Assembly: GCA_965226885.1 (NCBI GenBank)
Contig: CBDDEL010000016.1
Location: 832,001 to 896,000, forward strand
Length of the DNA: 64,000 nt
Reading direction: 5' to 3'
Source of the DNA: Opitutales bacterium
Lineage (GTDB): Bacteria > Verrucomicrobiota > Verrucomicrobiia > Opitutales > UBA2987
The notes below the pieces were generated by a model. That model had not been told where the DNA came from. It worked only from the letters and a program-made list of their open reading frames with translations, and ran no database searches. Of the stretch, positions 10,680-21,639 are shown piece by piece. Position 1 is the first letter of the stretch. Each line of letters starts with the position of its first letter. The translations under genes and the position numbers were made by a program.

Positions 10680-11443
10680 AGGAAGAAAAAAACCAGCTGC
10701 TGTTACACCATCACCTCAAGAAACTGAAGTTGCCCACCATCCTGCGCGAATGGCCGGCGGTGGCCGCGGCTTGTTCCCGGGACCGGCTCGATTACGCCGC
10801 CTTTTTGTTGCATCTGGTCGAACGGGAGCTCATTGAACGCGAACAGCGGGCCGCCCAGCGGCGGATCAAAAACGCCCGTTTCCCCGTGCTCAAGACCCTC
10901 GAGAGCTTCGCCTTTGAAGCGCAGCCCTCGATCAACGAAGCGCTCATCCGAGAGCTCATGCGCGGGGAGTATGTCGACCAGCGCGAAAACGTGCTGCTCC
11001 TCGGTAACGCCGGTACCGGTAGAACGCACCTGGCCACCGCCCTGGGCTTTGCCGCCTGTGCCCAGGGCCGGCGGATCCGTTTCTTCGGGGTCACCGCCCT
11101 GGTTACCCATATGCTCGAGCAACGCGACAACCACGACCTGCAGCGCTTCATGAAGCAACTCGAAAGGCTCGACCTACTCATCCTCGACGAACTCGGTTAC
11201 GTCCCTTTTTCCAAGACCGGTTCCGAACTGCTCTTCGACGTGGTCAGCCGCGCTTACGAGCGCACCAGTCTCATCGTCACCACCAACCTGCCCTTTGAGA
11301 ACTGGATCGAAGTGCTCGGTTCCGAACGGCTCACCGGAGCTCTGCTGGACCGACTCACCCATCGGGTGCATATCCTCGAAGCCAACGGGCAAAGCTACCG
11401 CTTGCGCGATGCTCGACGCCGTCGCCGTGGCACAAAACAATAA
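10676..11443 (+). CDS. istB: IS21 helper ATPase IstB (Walker A Lys replaced by Arg)
   Basis: GNAGTGRT, LLILDELGY, TTNLPF, ALLDRLTH. Confidence 0.95.
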   Translation: MKEEKNQLLLHHHLKKLKLPTILREWPAVAAACSRDRLDYAAFLLHLVERELIEREQRAAQRRIKNARFPVLKTLESFAFEAQPSINEALIRELMRGEYVDQRENVLLLGNAGTGRTHLATALGFAACAQGRRIRFFGVTALVTHMLEQRDNHDLQRFMKQLERLDLLILDELGYVPFSKTGSELLFDVVSRAYERTSLIVTTNLPFENWIEVLGSERLTGALLDRLTHRVHILEANGQSYRLRDARRRRRGTKQ

Positions 11444-11925
11444 ACGCCTTGGGCCCGGCTCGTCGGCCTCCGGCCTCCTCACCGACCCCAAGCCAATCCC
11501 CAAAACCAACTCCCAAACCCTAAACCTTGACGTACCTGCAATTACTAACCTAAACCTTATTCCAAGCGTACCGGTTTTACCCCGACCCCCGTACCGGTTT
11601 CATCCCGGCGTTTACATATTGGAGATGGATTTCTTTGTATTTTGAGCAGATCGTCTTGATTTTTAGGTGTTTTTCAGGGTGTAGAGACACTGCCCCCTTT
11701 CCCCCATTGGTTCGGTAGTGCCGGGGGCAGCACCAATGCACCCTTTAGGTTGGCACCAATCGGCGGGCCGCATGGTTGAAAAGACTGGCCCAAGGATAAC
11801 TCTCACTTAGGTGAAAGTGAATCGTTCGGGTGTTGCGCACGATGACCGCTCCGATCTTGATTAATTTGAGCCGCAGGGTGTGGCATTGGGCCCGCGCCCA
11901 CTTCGTCCCTTTTAAGGCTAACCGG

Positions 11926-13250
11926 TGATGTGCACTGGAAAAAGTGGACACGAGATTCTCCTAAATGGAGAATCGAAGCATGGGAAGAAGACGCAGTATA
12001 GAGTTCAAAAATGAGGCAGTTCAACTGATGATACTCGATGGTCTGAGCGCCACCGAGGTATCGACCAAACTTGGGGTCAACACCAACCAATTGTATAGGT
12101 GGAAGAGGCTCTATCTGGACGATCAGCAGGGCGAAGCCACCTCAAAGCGACAGAGCAGTCCGAAGGAGATGGCGGCCGAGATAGATCGTCTTCGCAAAGA
12201 GCTGCGCCGCTCGGAGCGGATCAACCAGATACTAAAAAAAACGGTGGGCTACTTTGCCAAGGACGAACAATGAAGTACCAGTCTGTCAAAGACAACGAGG
12301 GGCGCTTCAAGATCGAGGAAATATGCTCGGCGATGGGGATTTGTCGCAGTGGCTATTACTGCTGGAGGCACCGAGCGCCCTCGGCCCGGCGGATCGAGGA
12401 CGAGGGAATCAAGGGGGCGATCCTGAAGGTACACAAAGAGGCCAAGGGCCGCTATGGGCATCGGCCAATGCACCGCCATCTGAAGGATGATGAGGGCATC
12501 GATTGCGGCCGTGACCGGGCTCTGCGTCTGATGCGTGAAATGGGAATCAAAAGCACCCAGAGTAAACGCTTTAAGCCATTAAAAACCAACAGTAACCATC
12601 CCTATGGTTACAGCCCCAATGTGCTTAAAAAGCATGGCCAGCCGACCCATATCGACGAGGTCTGGGTGGCGGACACGACCTACCTACGGACCCTGGCCGG
12701 GTGGATGTACTTGGCCACGGTGATGGACCTGTTCAGCCGACGCCTGCTAGGCTGGAGCGTTTCCAACCACAACGACGCGAAGCTGGTTGGCAAGGCCCTC
12801 AAAGCCGCGGCCATGACCCGCGGCACACTGCGCACCGGGATTATTCATCACAGCGATCGGGGCAGCCCCTACGCCAGCGACGACTATCAGAGGCTGGTCT
12901 CTGAACTAGGCATGAAGCCGAGCATGAGCGCCCAAGGCAACTGCTACGACAACGCGGCCATGGAATCGTTCTACGGCCGCTTCAAGACCAGCACGATTCG
13001 AGGCCGCCACTTTGCCGACGAGCGCGAACTGCGATCAACTGTCTTCGAATACGTGGAAATCTTCTACAACCGATATCGCAAACATTCCTCTCTGAGTTAC
13101 CAAAGCCCAGTCCAATTCGAGGAAAATATTTGCCCCCCATGGGGGGCAACGAGAAAACAAAACCCTTTACCAAAACAAGCCGCCTGACACACTAATCAAT
13201 AAACAATGAATATAAGAGAATCCCGTGTCCAACAAATCCAGTACACGTCA
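11926..13250 (+). mobile_element. IS3-family type a copy 2, nested in IS1380 copy A (orfA 11965-12273, orfB to 13187)
   Basis: Near-identical to copy 1 (3-bp deletion in orfA); 4-bp target duplication CCGG. Confidence 0.96.
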
Positions 13251-13651
13251 CCGGCGCATGGCTTCCATCAAGGTGTAGGCCAGCGCCGACAAGAGCAATC
13301 GCCACTGATTGGCCCACCATTGATGGGCGCTGGTGCGCTCGCTGAACAATTGCATCTGTTCCTTGATTCGGTTCTCCATTTCACCGCGGCCACAGTATAC
13401 CTTGTCGTAAAGCTCCTGGGGATCGCCCGGCAGGTTCGTCACCACGAAGCGCGGGTTGGACCCCTGTGCGGTGTGTTCGGCTTTATGGATGACCAACCGC
13501 AGCCATCGCCACGAATCGGCAGCATAGACGAAGTCCTGGAATAACCGTTGTTTTTTACCCCTTAGTTCGAACCATTCTTTGGCCTGCTTTTGCAACTGCT
13601 GGGCGTCTTGCTGCAAGCGTGCATTGCGAGCCATCCCCACGATGTAACTAA

Positions 13652-15218
13652 CCCGGATATTTCGTAAAAAAAGTATCGTTGATATGCTTAACTGCTGATA
13701 TACAGCAGGATAGATCAATAATTAAAGCAATATCAGCGATGACAAAAGGTAAACAATTAAAGCTACAGTTGACAAGGGTAAAAGGCCGCCGTGTGCGGGT
13801 TGATTTCAAGGGCGGAGAGGTTACTTCGGATGCCGGACTGCTTTTGATCCGGGAAGTGGATCGGCAGTTGGGCTTGACCGAACGAGCGGCCCGACAGTTA
13901 GTGGACAAACGGCAGAAGGGCAAAGTACGCCATGAGGTATTGGGGATGCTGCGGCAGCGCGTTTACGGGCTGGTGGCGGGCTATGAGGATTTGAACGACT
14001 TTGATACCCTGCGCCACGATCCATTGTTGCAAACGGTAACGGGGCGCATTGAAACGTTGGCCAGCGCGCCGACTTTGTGTCGTTTTGAAAACGGGCAGGA
14101 TCGGCGGGCGGCCTTTGCGGTAAACGAGCTGTTGGTCGAACAGTTCATGGGCTCCTTTGCCGAGGAACCCGAAGAGATCATCCTGGACTTTGACGCCACC
14201 GACAATCCGGTGCACGGGCTCCAGGAGGGACGTTTTTTCCACGGTTATTATGATCATTACTGTTTTCTGCCGCTATATGTTTTTTGCGGTGATCAGCTGC
14301 TGGTGGCCTACCTGCGGCCGAGCAAGATCGATGCCAGCAAGCATGCCGGGGCCATCCTCAAATTGCTGGTTAAACGGATTCGCCAAAGCTGGCCCCGTAC
14401 GCGGATTATTTGGCGCGCCGACAGTGGATTTTGTCGAGACCGGATACTCTCTTGGTGCGACCGCAACGAAGTTAGTTACATCGTGGGGATGGCTCGCAAT
14501 GCACGCTTGCAGCAAGACGCCCAGCAGTTGCAAAAGCAGGCCAAAGAATGGTTCGAACTAAGGGGTAAAAAACAACGGTTATTCCAGGACTTCGTCTATG
14601 CTGCCGATTCGTGGCGATGGCTGCGGTTGGTCATCCATAAAGCCGAACACACCGCACAGGGGTCCAACCCGCGCTTCGTGGTGACGAACCTGCCGGGCGA
14701 TCCCCAGGAGCTTTACGACAAGGTATACTGTGGCCGCGGTGAAATGGAGAACCGCATCAAGGAACAGATGCAATTGTTCAGCGAGCGCACCAGCGCCCAT
14801 CAATGGTGGGCCAATCAGTGGCGATTGCTCTTGTCGGCGCTGGCCTACACCTTGATGGAAGCCATGCGCCGGTTAGCCTTAAAAGGGACGAAGTGGGCGC
14901 GGGCCCAATGGCACACCCTGCGGCTCAAATTAATCAAGATCGGAGCGGTCATCGTGCGCAACACCCGAACGATTCACTTTCACCTAAGTGAGAGTTATCC
15001 TTGGGCCAGTCTTTTCAACCATGCGGCCCGCCGATTGGTGCCAACCTAAAGGGTGCATTGGTGCTGCCCCCGGCACTACCGAACCAATGGGGGAAAGGGG
15101 GCAGTGTCTCTACACCCTGAAAAACACCTAAAAATCAAGACGATCTGCTCAAAATACAAAGAAATCCATCTCCAATAGCAATAACGAGCCAAACTTTACC
15201 CTTCATGAAATATCCGGG
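13652..15218 (+). mobile_element. IS1380-family copy B (complete, 1567 bp)
   Basis: IRs cccggatatttc / gaaatatccggg; CTAA on both sides. Confidence 0.95.
13739..15049 (+). CDS. IS1380-family transposase (DDE_Tnp_1_4-like)
   Basis: FKGGEVTSDAG, LDFDATD..HG.QE..FFHGYY, RADSGF, YCGRGEMENRIKE, TLRLKLIKIGA. Confidence 0.95.
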   Translation: MTKGKQLKLQLTRVKGRRVRVDFKGGEVTSDAGLLLIREVDRQLGLTERAARQLVDKRQKGKVRHEVLGMLRQRVYGLVAGYEDLNDFDTLRHDPLLQTVTGRIETLASAPTLCRFENGQDRRAAFAVNELLVEQFMGSFAEEPEEIILDFDATDNPVHGLQEGRFFHGYYDHYCFLPLYVFCGDQLLVAYLRPSKIDASKHAGAILKLLVKRIRQSWPRTRIIWRADSGFCRDRILSWCDRNEVSYIVGMARNARLQQDAQQLQKQAKEWFELRGKKQRLFQDFVYAADSWRWLRLVIHKAEHTAQGSNPRFVVTNLPGDPQELYDKVYCGRGEMENRIKEQMQLFSERTSAHQWWANQWRLLLSALAYTLMEAMRRLALKGTKWARAQWHTLRLKLIKIGAVIVRNTRTIHFHLSESYPWASLFNHAARRLVPT

Positions 15219-15564
15219 CTAAAGGGTGCATTGGTGCTGCCCCCGGCACTACCGAACCAATGGGGGAAAGGGGGCAGTGTCTCTACACCCTGAAAAACAC
15301 CTAAAAATCAAGACGATCTGCTCAAAATACAAAGAAATCCATCTCCAATAGCAATAACGAGCCAAACTTTACCCTTCATGAAATATCCGGGCTAAAGGGT
15401 GCATTGGTGCTGCCCCCGGCACTACCGAACCAATGGGGGAAAGGGGGCAGTGTCTCTACACCCTGAAAAACACCTAAAAATCAAGACGATCTGCTCAAAA
15501 TACAAAGAAATCCATCTCCAATAGCAATAACGAGCCAAACTTTACCCTTCATGAAATATCCGGG
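15046..15564 (+). repeat. Three tandem 173-bp copies of the IS1380 3' non-coding end including the right IR
   Basis: Units 15046-15218, 15219-15391, 15392-15564, each ctaaagggtgcattgg...gaaatatccggg; identical by eye. Confidence 0.96.
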
Positions 15565-15571
15565 CTAGGTA

Positions 15572-17401
15572 GAGGCTGTCCCAAAAATATAAAGATTTTA
15601 TAGTCAACTGGATGACGTTGATAAAAAGAGCCGGAAAGAGCAAGTTTTTGCTCGATCCGGCCAAAAAAGGGTTCTATAATTGAGTTAGCGAAAATCAATA
15701 TAGCCCTTTCTATGAAAAATATAGCCATCCAATGCCTCCTGCGTCCAGCTTTAACTGTGGTCGACCGGTGCCTCGATTACGATAACTTCCGCGCCACCAT
15801 TGATCGAATCGATCGGCTGCTGATCGACTCGGAGGTGGAATCGCAGGCCATTGAGCTGGCCTTGGAGGGGTGGCCGCCAATGGGTCTAAAGGCCCGGCGG
15901 CAGCGGGCCAGTTTTGCCATCAAGGCACTGCGCATGGATACGCTGGGCCGTCTGCTCGGAGGGATTTCGTTTCGGCATTTGTCGCGGGCTCTGGGCAGCA
16001 GCGATCTGTTGGCCGACTTTTGCCGTGTCCGGCAGATCGATGGCATCAGGGGCATCTCCAAAAGCACCCTGGAGCGGGCCTCGAAGTTTTTCAGCGAAGA
16101 GCAGTTGAGGGCCTTGCACCGGACCTTGACTGAGGTGGTGGGCGATGCCCTTCTGGCCCGGCAGGTGGGATTGGACAAGCCGATTGACACCACCATTTGC
16201 CTGATCGACGGCACCTGTTTGGAGGCTAACATTCATTGGCCGACGGACTGGGTATTACTCAAGGATGTAGCCGGCACGTTGCTCAAAGCGATCCGGCTGA
16301 TCCGCGAGAAGGCCGGTTTGCGCCATCGCATGCCGATCGAACCGGAGCCCTTGGCTCGGCAGATGAATCGGCTGTGCATACAGATGACCCACAGAGATGA
16401 CCCACAGCCGGCGGCGAAAGGACAGCGCGCGGCAGCGCAAGGGTATCTTGAGGCAGATGAAAAAGCTGCTCAAACGGATCGGGGAGCATGCCCGCAGTCA
16501 CCGGGAATTATTGCAAGCCTGCTGGGAGCAAAGCGATTACAGCGAAAAACAGGTCCAACAGATCCTCGCCCGGATGGAGCGCATGAGCGAGCAAATCCCG
16601 GTGGTCATCAAACAGGCGCACGAGCGGATCATTGGCGGCCGGCAGGTGAAAAACGCAGAGAAAGTCTTGAGTGTTTACGAACTCGATGGGCAGGTGATTG
16701 TGCGAGGTAAAGCGGGCCAAGAGGTCGAGTTCGGCAACACCCTGTTTTTGGGAGAAAGCGTTGAAGGGTACCTGCTGGACTGGAAACTCTACGGCAGCCG
16801 AACTCCAAGCGAAAATGAACAAATGCTAGAGAGTTTGCAAAGACAGAACCGCTTCAACCTGGAAGAACCCATAGCGGCCATGTGCGCGGACCGGGGATTT
16901 GCCTCCCAGCGGGCCCGCCGGCAGTTAGCCCAGGAGGGAATCTACGACGCGCTCTGTCCACGCGATCCGAAGCAGTTGAAAAAACGGATGGAGGAACCAC
17001 TGTTCAGACAATTGCAAAAGCGCCGGGCCAGCACCGAAGGGCGGATCGGGGTATTGAAGAATCGCTGGCAGGCCGGGCGGTTGCGCAGCAAAGGCTTTGC
17101 CAACCGCTCGATCAGCGTAGCCTGGTCGGTACTCTCGCACAACCTATGGAAAGTAGCCAAGATGCTGGCCCAGCAAGACGAACTAAAAACCAAAGCGGCG
17201 GCCTAGAGAGCGGAAAAGCAAGGACAATACTTTTTCACAGCCTTACTGTCGGCTCATACAAAGAAAATCAGGCAACCGGACCCCAAAACCAGTATCCTAA
17301 CGTCATAGGAGAGCAAAGTTGATACTCTCCCAAATGCAAATACCTCTAAAATGAGCGCCTATCAAAAGCCCTCGCAAAAATCACCCTTTTGGGACAGCCT
17401 C
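15572..17401 (+). mobile_element. IS5/ISNCY-like element copy 2
   Basis: IRs gaggctgtcccaaaa / ttttgggacagcctc, 6-bp duplication TAGGTA. Confidence 0.95.
15712..17206 (+). pseudogene. IS5/ISNCY-like transposase, frameshifted
   Basis: 13-bp tandem duplication agatgacccacag at 16382-16407 splits the ORF into 332-aa and 269-aa parts. Confidence 0.93.
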
Positions 17402-17565
17402 TAGGTATCAGCCTTTTATAGGGCACATTCGATTGGCGGATTTTCCAGCCTCCCTCTCACTCCCCATGTCACTGTGCCCCCGTGAGAAAAAAATATCCGT
17501 GCCGTTCAGTGTCATCCGTGATTAATAATCAGGCAATAATTAACGGAACCTCCTTTTTCTATGAA

Positions 17566-20425
17566 ATGAAAACAAAACTCGGTAGTGTATAAAAAAAGAA
17601 TGTTATTTTGTATTTTTAGCTGTACAAATAGCGTTAGGCAGTTTATTCTTAGTGCATGGTTACTAAAATTATTAATTGTCGGCACTGTGGAAGTGAAAAT
17701 ATCATTAAATTTGGCAAGACGCCCAACCATAAACAGCGCTACCGCTGCCATGATTGTGGTAAACAAAGCCGCGAAACCCCACAGTGAAATACACCGAAGA
17801 GCAAAAAGAAATGATCCTTCGAGTCTATCAGGAACGCAGCAGTCTACGCGGTTTACAGCGCGCCTTCGGGGTGAGTCCCAACACCGTTTTGAGTTGGTTA
17901 AAAAAAACGACAATCGCTGCGACCGCTCAAAAGCACGATTCTTGCGGCCCGCCGCCATGATGTCATTGAACTGGACGAACTGTGGTCTTTTGTGGGGCGC
18001 AAGAGCGATGCCCAATGGGTTTGGATCGCTCTTTGCCGACGCACCCGTCAAATCCTCTCCTATGCCATTGGGCCTCGGGATTGGTATCGTTGCCGGGAAC
18101 TTTACGAGCGTCTGCCACGGGCCTACAAAAGATGTGCCACCTACAGCGACTTTTGGAGCACTTATGATGAAGTCTTTCCTCATAACCGATCCGTGGGAAA
18201 AGAAACCGGTGAAACGGCCCATGTGGAACGATGGAACAATACCCTGCGCCAACGACTGGGTCGTTTCACACGCAAAACCCTCTCCTTTTCCAAGCTTAAG
18301 AGTATGCATGAAACCTGTCTGAGACTTTTCATTCATCAATATAATCAAGAATTAGCCACCATTCCTACTTAATACACTACCCAAAACTCTACTACCTTAT
18401 AAGCCCTCTTGTTTTTGTATTATTCATTAACGGTAGTCTTACCGCTGAAGAAACCGATCCTTCTATTTTCAAAAATCTGGATGTCTTCGAAATCGAGCTA
18501 GCCGCTGATCCGCAGATTTCACCGGATGGCTCGCAGGTCGCATATGTTCGCAAATCGAATGACATTATGACGGACCGGGTCCGGTCGAATATCTGGGTCA
18601 TCAGCAGTGATGGCAAAAGCCATCGCCCCTTGTTGTCGGGCAAGAGCGACTATTCAAGTCCGCGGTGGTCGCCCAATGGGGATCGTATTGCGTATCTGTC
18701 GGGTACTGAGGGAGGGAGTCCGCAATTGTATGTCCGTTGGATGGATACGGGGCAAACCGCGCTCCTGAGTAATTTGCAAAAAGTGCCCAGCTCGATTACC
18801 TGGTCGCCCAACGGCAAGCAAATTGCATTTTCAATGCTCGTTCTAGCCGAGGAAACTATTTTGGCTAAACCTCCTGAGAAATCCGAAGGCGCCCAGTGGG
18901 CTCCACCAGTCAAGGTGATCGACAGACTATTCTATCGATCGGATGGCAAAGGATACTTGGAGGACGGCTACGACCACCTGTTTGTCATGCCGTCTGATGG
19001 AGGAACGCCCCAACAATTAACCACTGGCGGCTTCAACCATGAGGGTCCCTTATCCTGGTCTCCTGACGGGTCGACTCTCATCTTTTCAGCCAACCGGAAA
19101 GAGGATTGGGAACATGATTGGCGCGAATCCGAAATATGGTCCCTGCATATAGACAGCGGAGCGCTTTCAGCCTTGACCGACCGCAATGGACCAGACCGGG
19201 CCCCAACCTATTCGCCCGATGGATCGAAAATCGCGTATTTAGGATTCGACGACAGCGAAATGGAGTATGAAAACACCCGAGTCTATCTAATGAATGCCGA
19301 TGGCAGTGACAAACGTGTTTTGACGGATACATTGGATCGTTCCATTGAAGTGGTTCGTTGGTCGGGCAGTTCGAACCAATTGATGTTCCTCTACGACGAA
19401 CGAGGTAATAAGCGCCTCGCTTCACTATCCTTGCAAGGCCAAATGGAAACCCTGGCTGATGATGTCGGCGGGACTATTCATCGGGCGGCAGTTTTTCCGT
19501 CTCGGGCAACGGCGCCTACGCATATACCAGCACAACACTCTATCGGCCATCCGACGTCGCTGTGGGGCATCTAGGCAACGCGCCTCAAAAGCTCACCCGG
19601 CTGAATGAAGATTTCCTCGCCCACAAAACCTTGGGTCGGGTCGAAGAGTTGTCCTGGACCTCGTCTGTAGGGGATTACGAAATACAAGGATGGGTAATTA
19701 AGCCCCCGAATTTCGATCCCAACAAACAGTATCCGCTAATCCTGGAAATCCACGGCGGACCCCTGGCGGCTTACGGTCCCACCTTCTCTACGGAATTACA
19801 GCTATATGCCGCGGCAGGGTATGTGGTCTTGTATTGCAATCCCAGAGGCTCGACCAGCTACGGCTATGACTTCGCCAATGAAATTCATCACAACTACCCC
19901 AGCAAAGATTACGACGACTTGATGTCCGGAGTGAATGCAGTCATCGCCAATGGATATGTTGACGAGGATCATTTGTATGTAACGGGTGGTTCCGGCGGTG
20001 GTGTTTTGACGGCTTGGATCGTTGGCAAAACCGACCGCTTTCGTGCCGCTGTCAGCGCCAAGCCGGTCATCAATTGGACCAGTGAAATGTTAACAACCGA
20101 CATCATGGTTCACATAAAATACTGGTTCCCCAAAGCCCCTTGGGAAGCGCCGGAGTATTATTGGAAATACTCACCCTTATCCCTTGTAGGTAATGTATCA
20201 ACTCCCACCATGCTGATGGCAGGTGAGCAGGACCACCGCACACGAATTACTGAATCCGAGCAATACTATCAAGCGCTCAAGTTTCGCAAAATTGAAACCG
20301 CCTTGGTCCGCATTCCGGAAGCTTCGCACGGCATCGTCGCCCGGCCCTCCCACCTGATAGCCAAGGTCGACAATATTCTTGGCTGGTTCGAGAAATATAA
20401 GGAAAAAAAGGATACCGGGAAATAA
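17566..20425 (+). pseudogene. S9 family peptidase (acylaminoacyl/prolyl oligopeptidase with TolB-like propeller), disrupted
   Basis: Signal peptide MKTKL|YYLISPLVFVLFINGSLTA split by IS1; WSPDG repeats; catalytic GGSGGG, GEQDHR, ASHGI; extra frameshift/deletion near 19470-19490. Confidence 0.9.
17581..18381 (+). mobile_element. IS1-family element 1
   Basis: IRs ggtagtgtat / atacactacc, 8-bp duplication CAAAACTC; InsA zinc ribbon from 17656 (CRHC...CHDC, with a 1-bp frameshift near 17775) and InsB (ELDELWSF, HVERWNNTLRQRL) ending 18372. Confidence 0.94.
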
Positions 20426-20489
20426 TAATCCAAAAGGCCAAACAAGACGGTCAAGAGAACGGTGCCCTAATTGCACTCAGCATCCACCT

Positions 20490-20537
20490 ATCTTGCACCT
20501 TGCATCCGGCATCCAGCATCTAGTATCTTGCATCCAA
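20490..20537 (+). repeat. Degenerate heptamer tandem repeat (approx. NGCATCY) upstream of aroC
   Basis: tgcacct tgcatcc ggcatcc agcatct agtatct tgcatcc. Confidence 0.6.
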
Positions 20538-20544
20538 CAAAACC

Positions 20545-21639
20545 ATGGGCAACACTTTTGGAAAACTCTTCACCATCTCCACCTGGGGGGAAAGCCACGG
20601 TGGCGGCATCGGCGTGGTAATTGACGGCTGCCCGCCCGGCCTGCCCTTGAACGAGGAGGACATCCAGGTCGAGCTCGACCGCCGCCGGCCCGGCCAGAGC
20701 GACATCACCACCCAGCGCAAGGAGTCCGACACCGTCACCATCATCTCGGGAGTATTTGCAGGCAAAACCCTCGGCACCCCCATCGCCATGACCATTCCCA
20801 ACCGCGATGCCCGCCCAGAAGCCTACGCGGAGATGAAAGATAAATTTCGCCCCTCCCACGCCGATTTCACCTATCAGGCCAAATACGGCATCCGCGACCA
20901 CCAAGGCGGCGGCCGCTCCTCCGCCCGCGAAACCGCCGGGCGCGTCGCCGCCGGGGCCATCGCCCGCAAAATCCTCGCAATCTCGCACAAAATAGATATC
21001 GCCGCCTACGTCGAACGCGTCCACGACATCGCCATGCCACAGTTGGAAGGTCTACCCTCGCGCGAGGAGATCGACGCCAGCCCCGTGCGCTGCCCCCACC
21101 CCCCTACGGCGGAAAAAATGATCGCCCGCATCAAAGAAATACGGGCCCAGGGCGACTCCGTAGGCGGCCTCATCCTCTGCCGCGTGCGCAACCTCCCCGC
21201 CGGGCTGGGCGAACCCGTCTTCGACCGCCTAGAGGCCGACCTGGCCAAAGCCATGCTCTCCCTCCCCGCTGTCAAAGGCTTCGAAATCGGTAGCGGCTTC
21301 GCCGGAACCCATCAAACCGGCTCCCATCACAACGACATCTTCGAATCCCGCAACGGCCAAATCCGCACCCTCACCAACAACTCCGGCGGCGTCCAGGGCG
21401 GCATCTCCAACGGCGAAGAACTCTACTTCCGCATCGGCTTCAAACCCACCGCCACTATTCTAAGCAAACAAAAAACCGTCACCACCGAAGGCGAGGAAAC
21501 CGAACTCATCGGCCGCGGCCGCCACGACCCCTGCGTCGTCCCCCGGGCCGTCCCCATAGTAGAAGCCATGACCGCCCTAGTCCTCATCGACCACACACTC
21601 CGCCACCACGCCCAAAACAAATCCTTCCGCTTCGATTAA
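20545..21639 (+). CDS. aroC: Chorismate synthase
   Basis: [40 protein letters not shown] signatures. Confidence 0.98.
   Translation: MGNTFGKLFTISTWGESHGGGIGVVIDGCPPGLPLNEEDIQVELDRRRPGQSDITTQRKESDTVTIISGVFAGKTLGTPIAMTIPNRDARPEAYAEMKDKFRPSHADFTYQAKYGIRDHQGGGRSSARETAGRVAAGAIARKILAISHKIDIAAYVERVHDIAMPQLEGLPSREEIDASPVRCPHPPTAEKMIARIKEIRAQGDSVGGLILCRVRNLPAGLGEPVFDRLEADLAKAMLSLPAVKGFEIGSGFAGTHQTGSHHNDIFESRNGQIRTLTNNSGGVQGGISNGEELYFRIGFKPTATILSKQKTVTTEGEETELIGRGRHDPCVVPRAVPIVEAMTALVLIDHTLRHHAQNKSFRFD

Larger units (their letters stand above)
9100..11616 (+). mobile_element. IS21-family element copy 1
   Basis: IRs tgtaaacgccggg / cccggcgtttaca, repeated aaaccggtacg boxes at both ends, 7-bp target duplication TATTGGA, istA-istB. 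Confidence 0.96.
9052..13651 (-). mobile_element. IS1380-family copy A: 3' remnant interrupted by IS21 and IS3, truncated by IS1380 copy B
   Basis: Pieces 9052-9099, 11617-11925 and 13251-13651 join into the reverse complement of the 3' part of copy B once the target duplications are removed. Confidence 0.92.

Noticed and set aside
13248..13718. 156-aa minus-strand ORF
   Set aside because: Junction artefact joining the antisense left end of IS1380 B to the remnant of IS1380 A.
15046..15564. CRISPR array interpretation of the tandem repeat
   Set aside because: Units are 173 bp, identical, lack unique spacers and are the IS1380 3' end; no cas genes in the window.
17512..18348. Long ORFs overlapping IS1 (278 aa minus, 245 aa plus)
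   Set aside because: Shadow frames of insA/insB without recognisable motifs.
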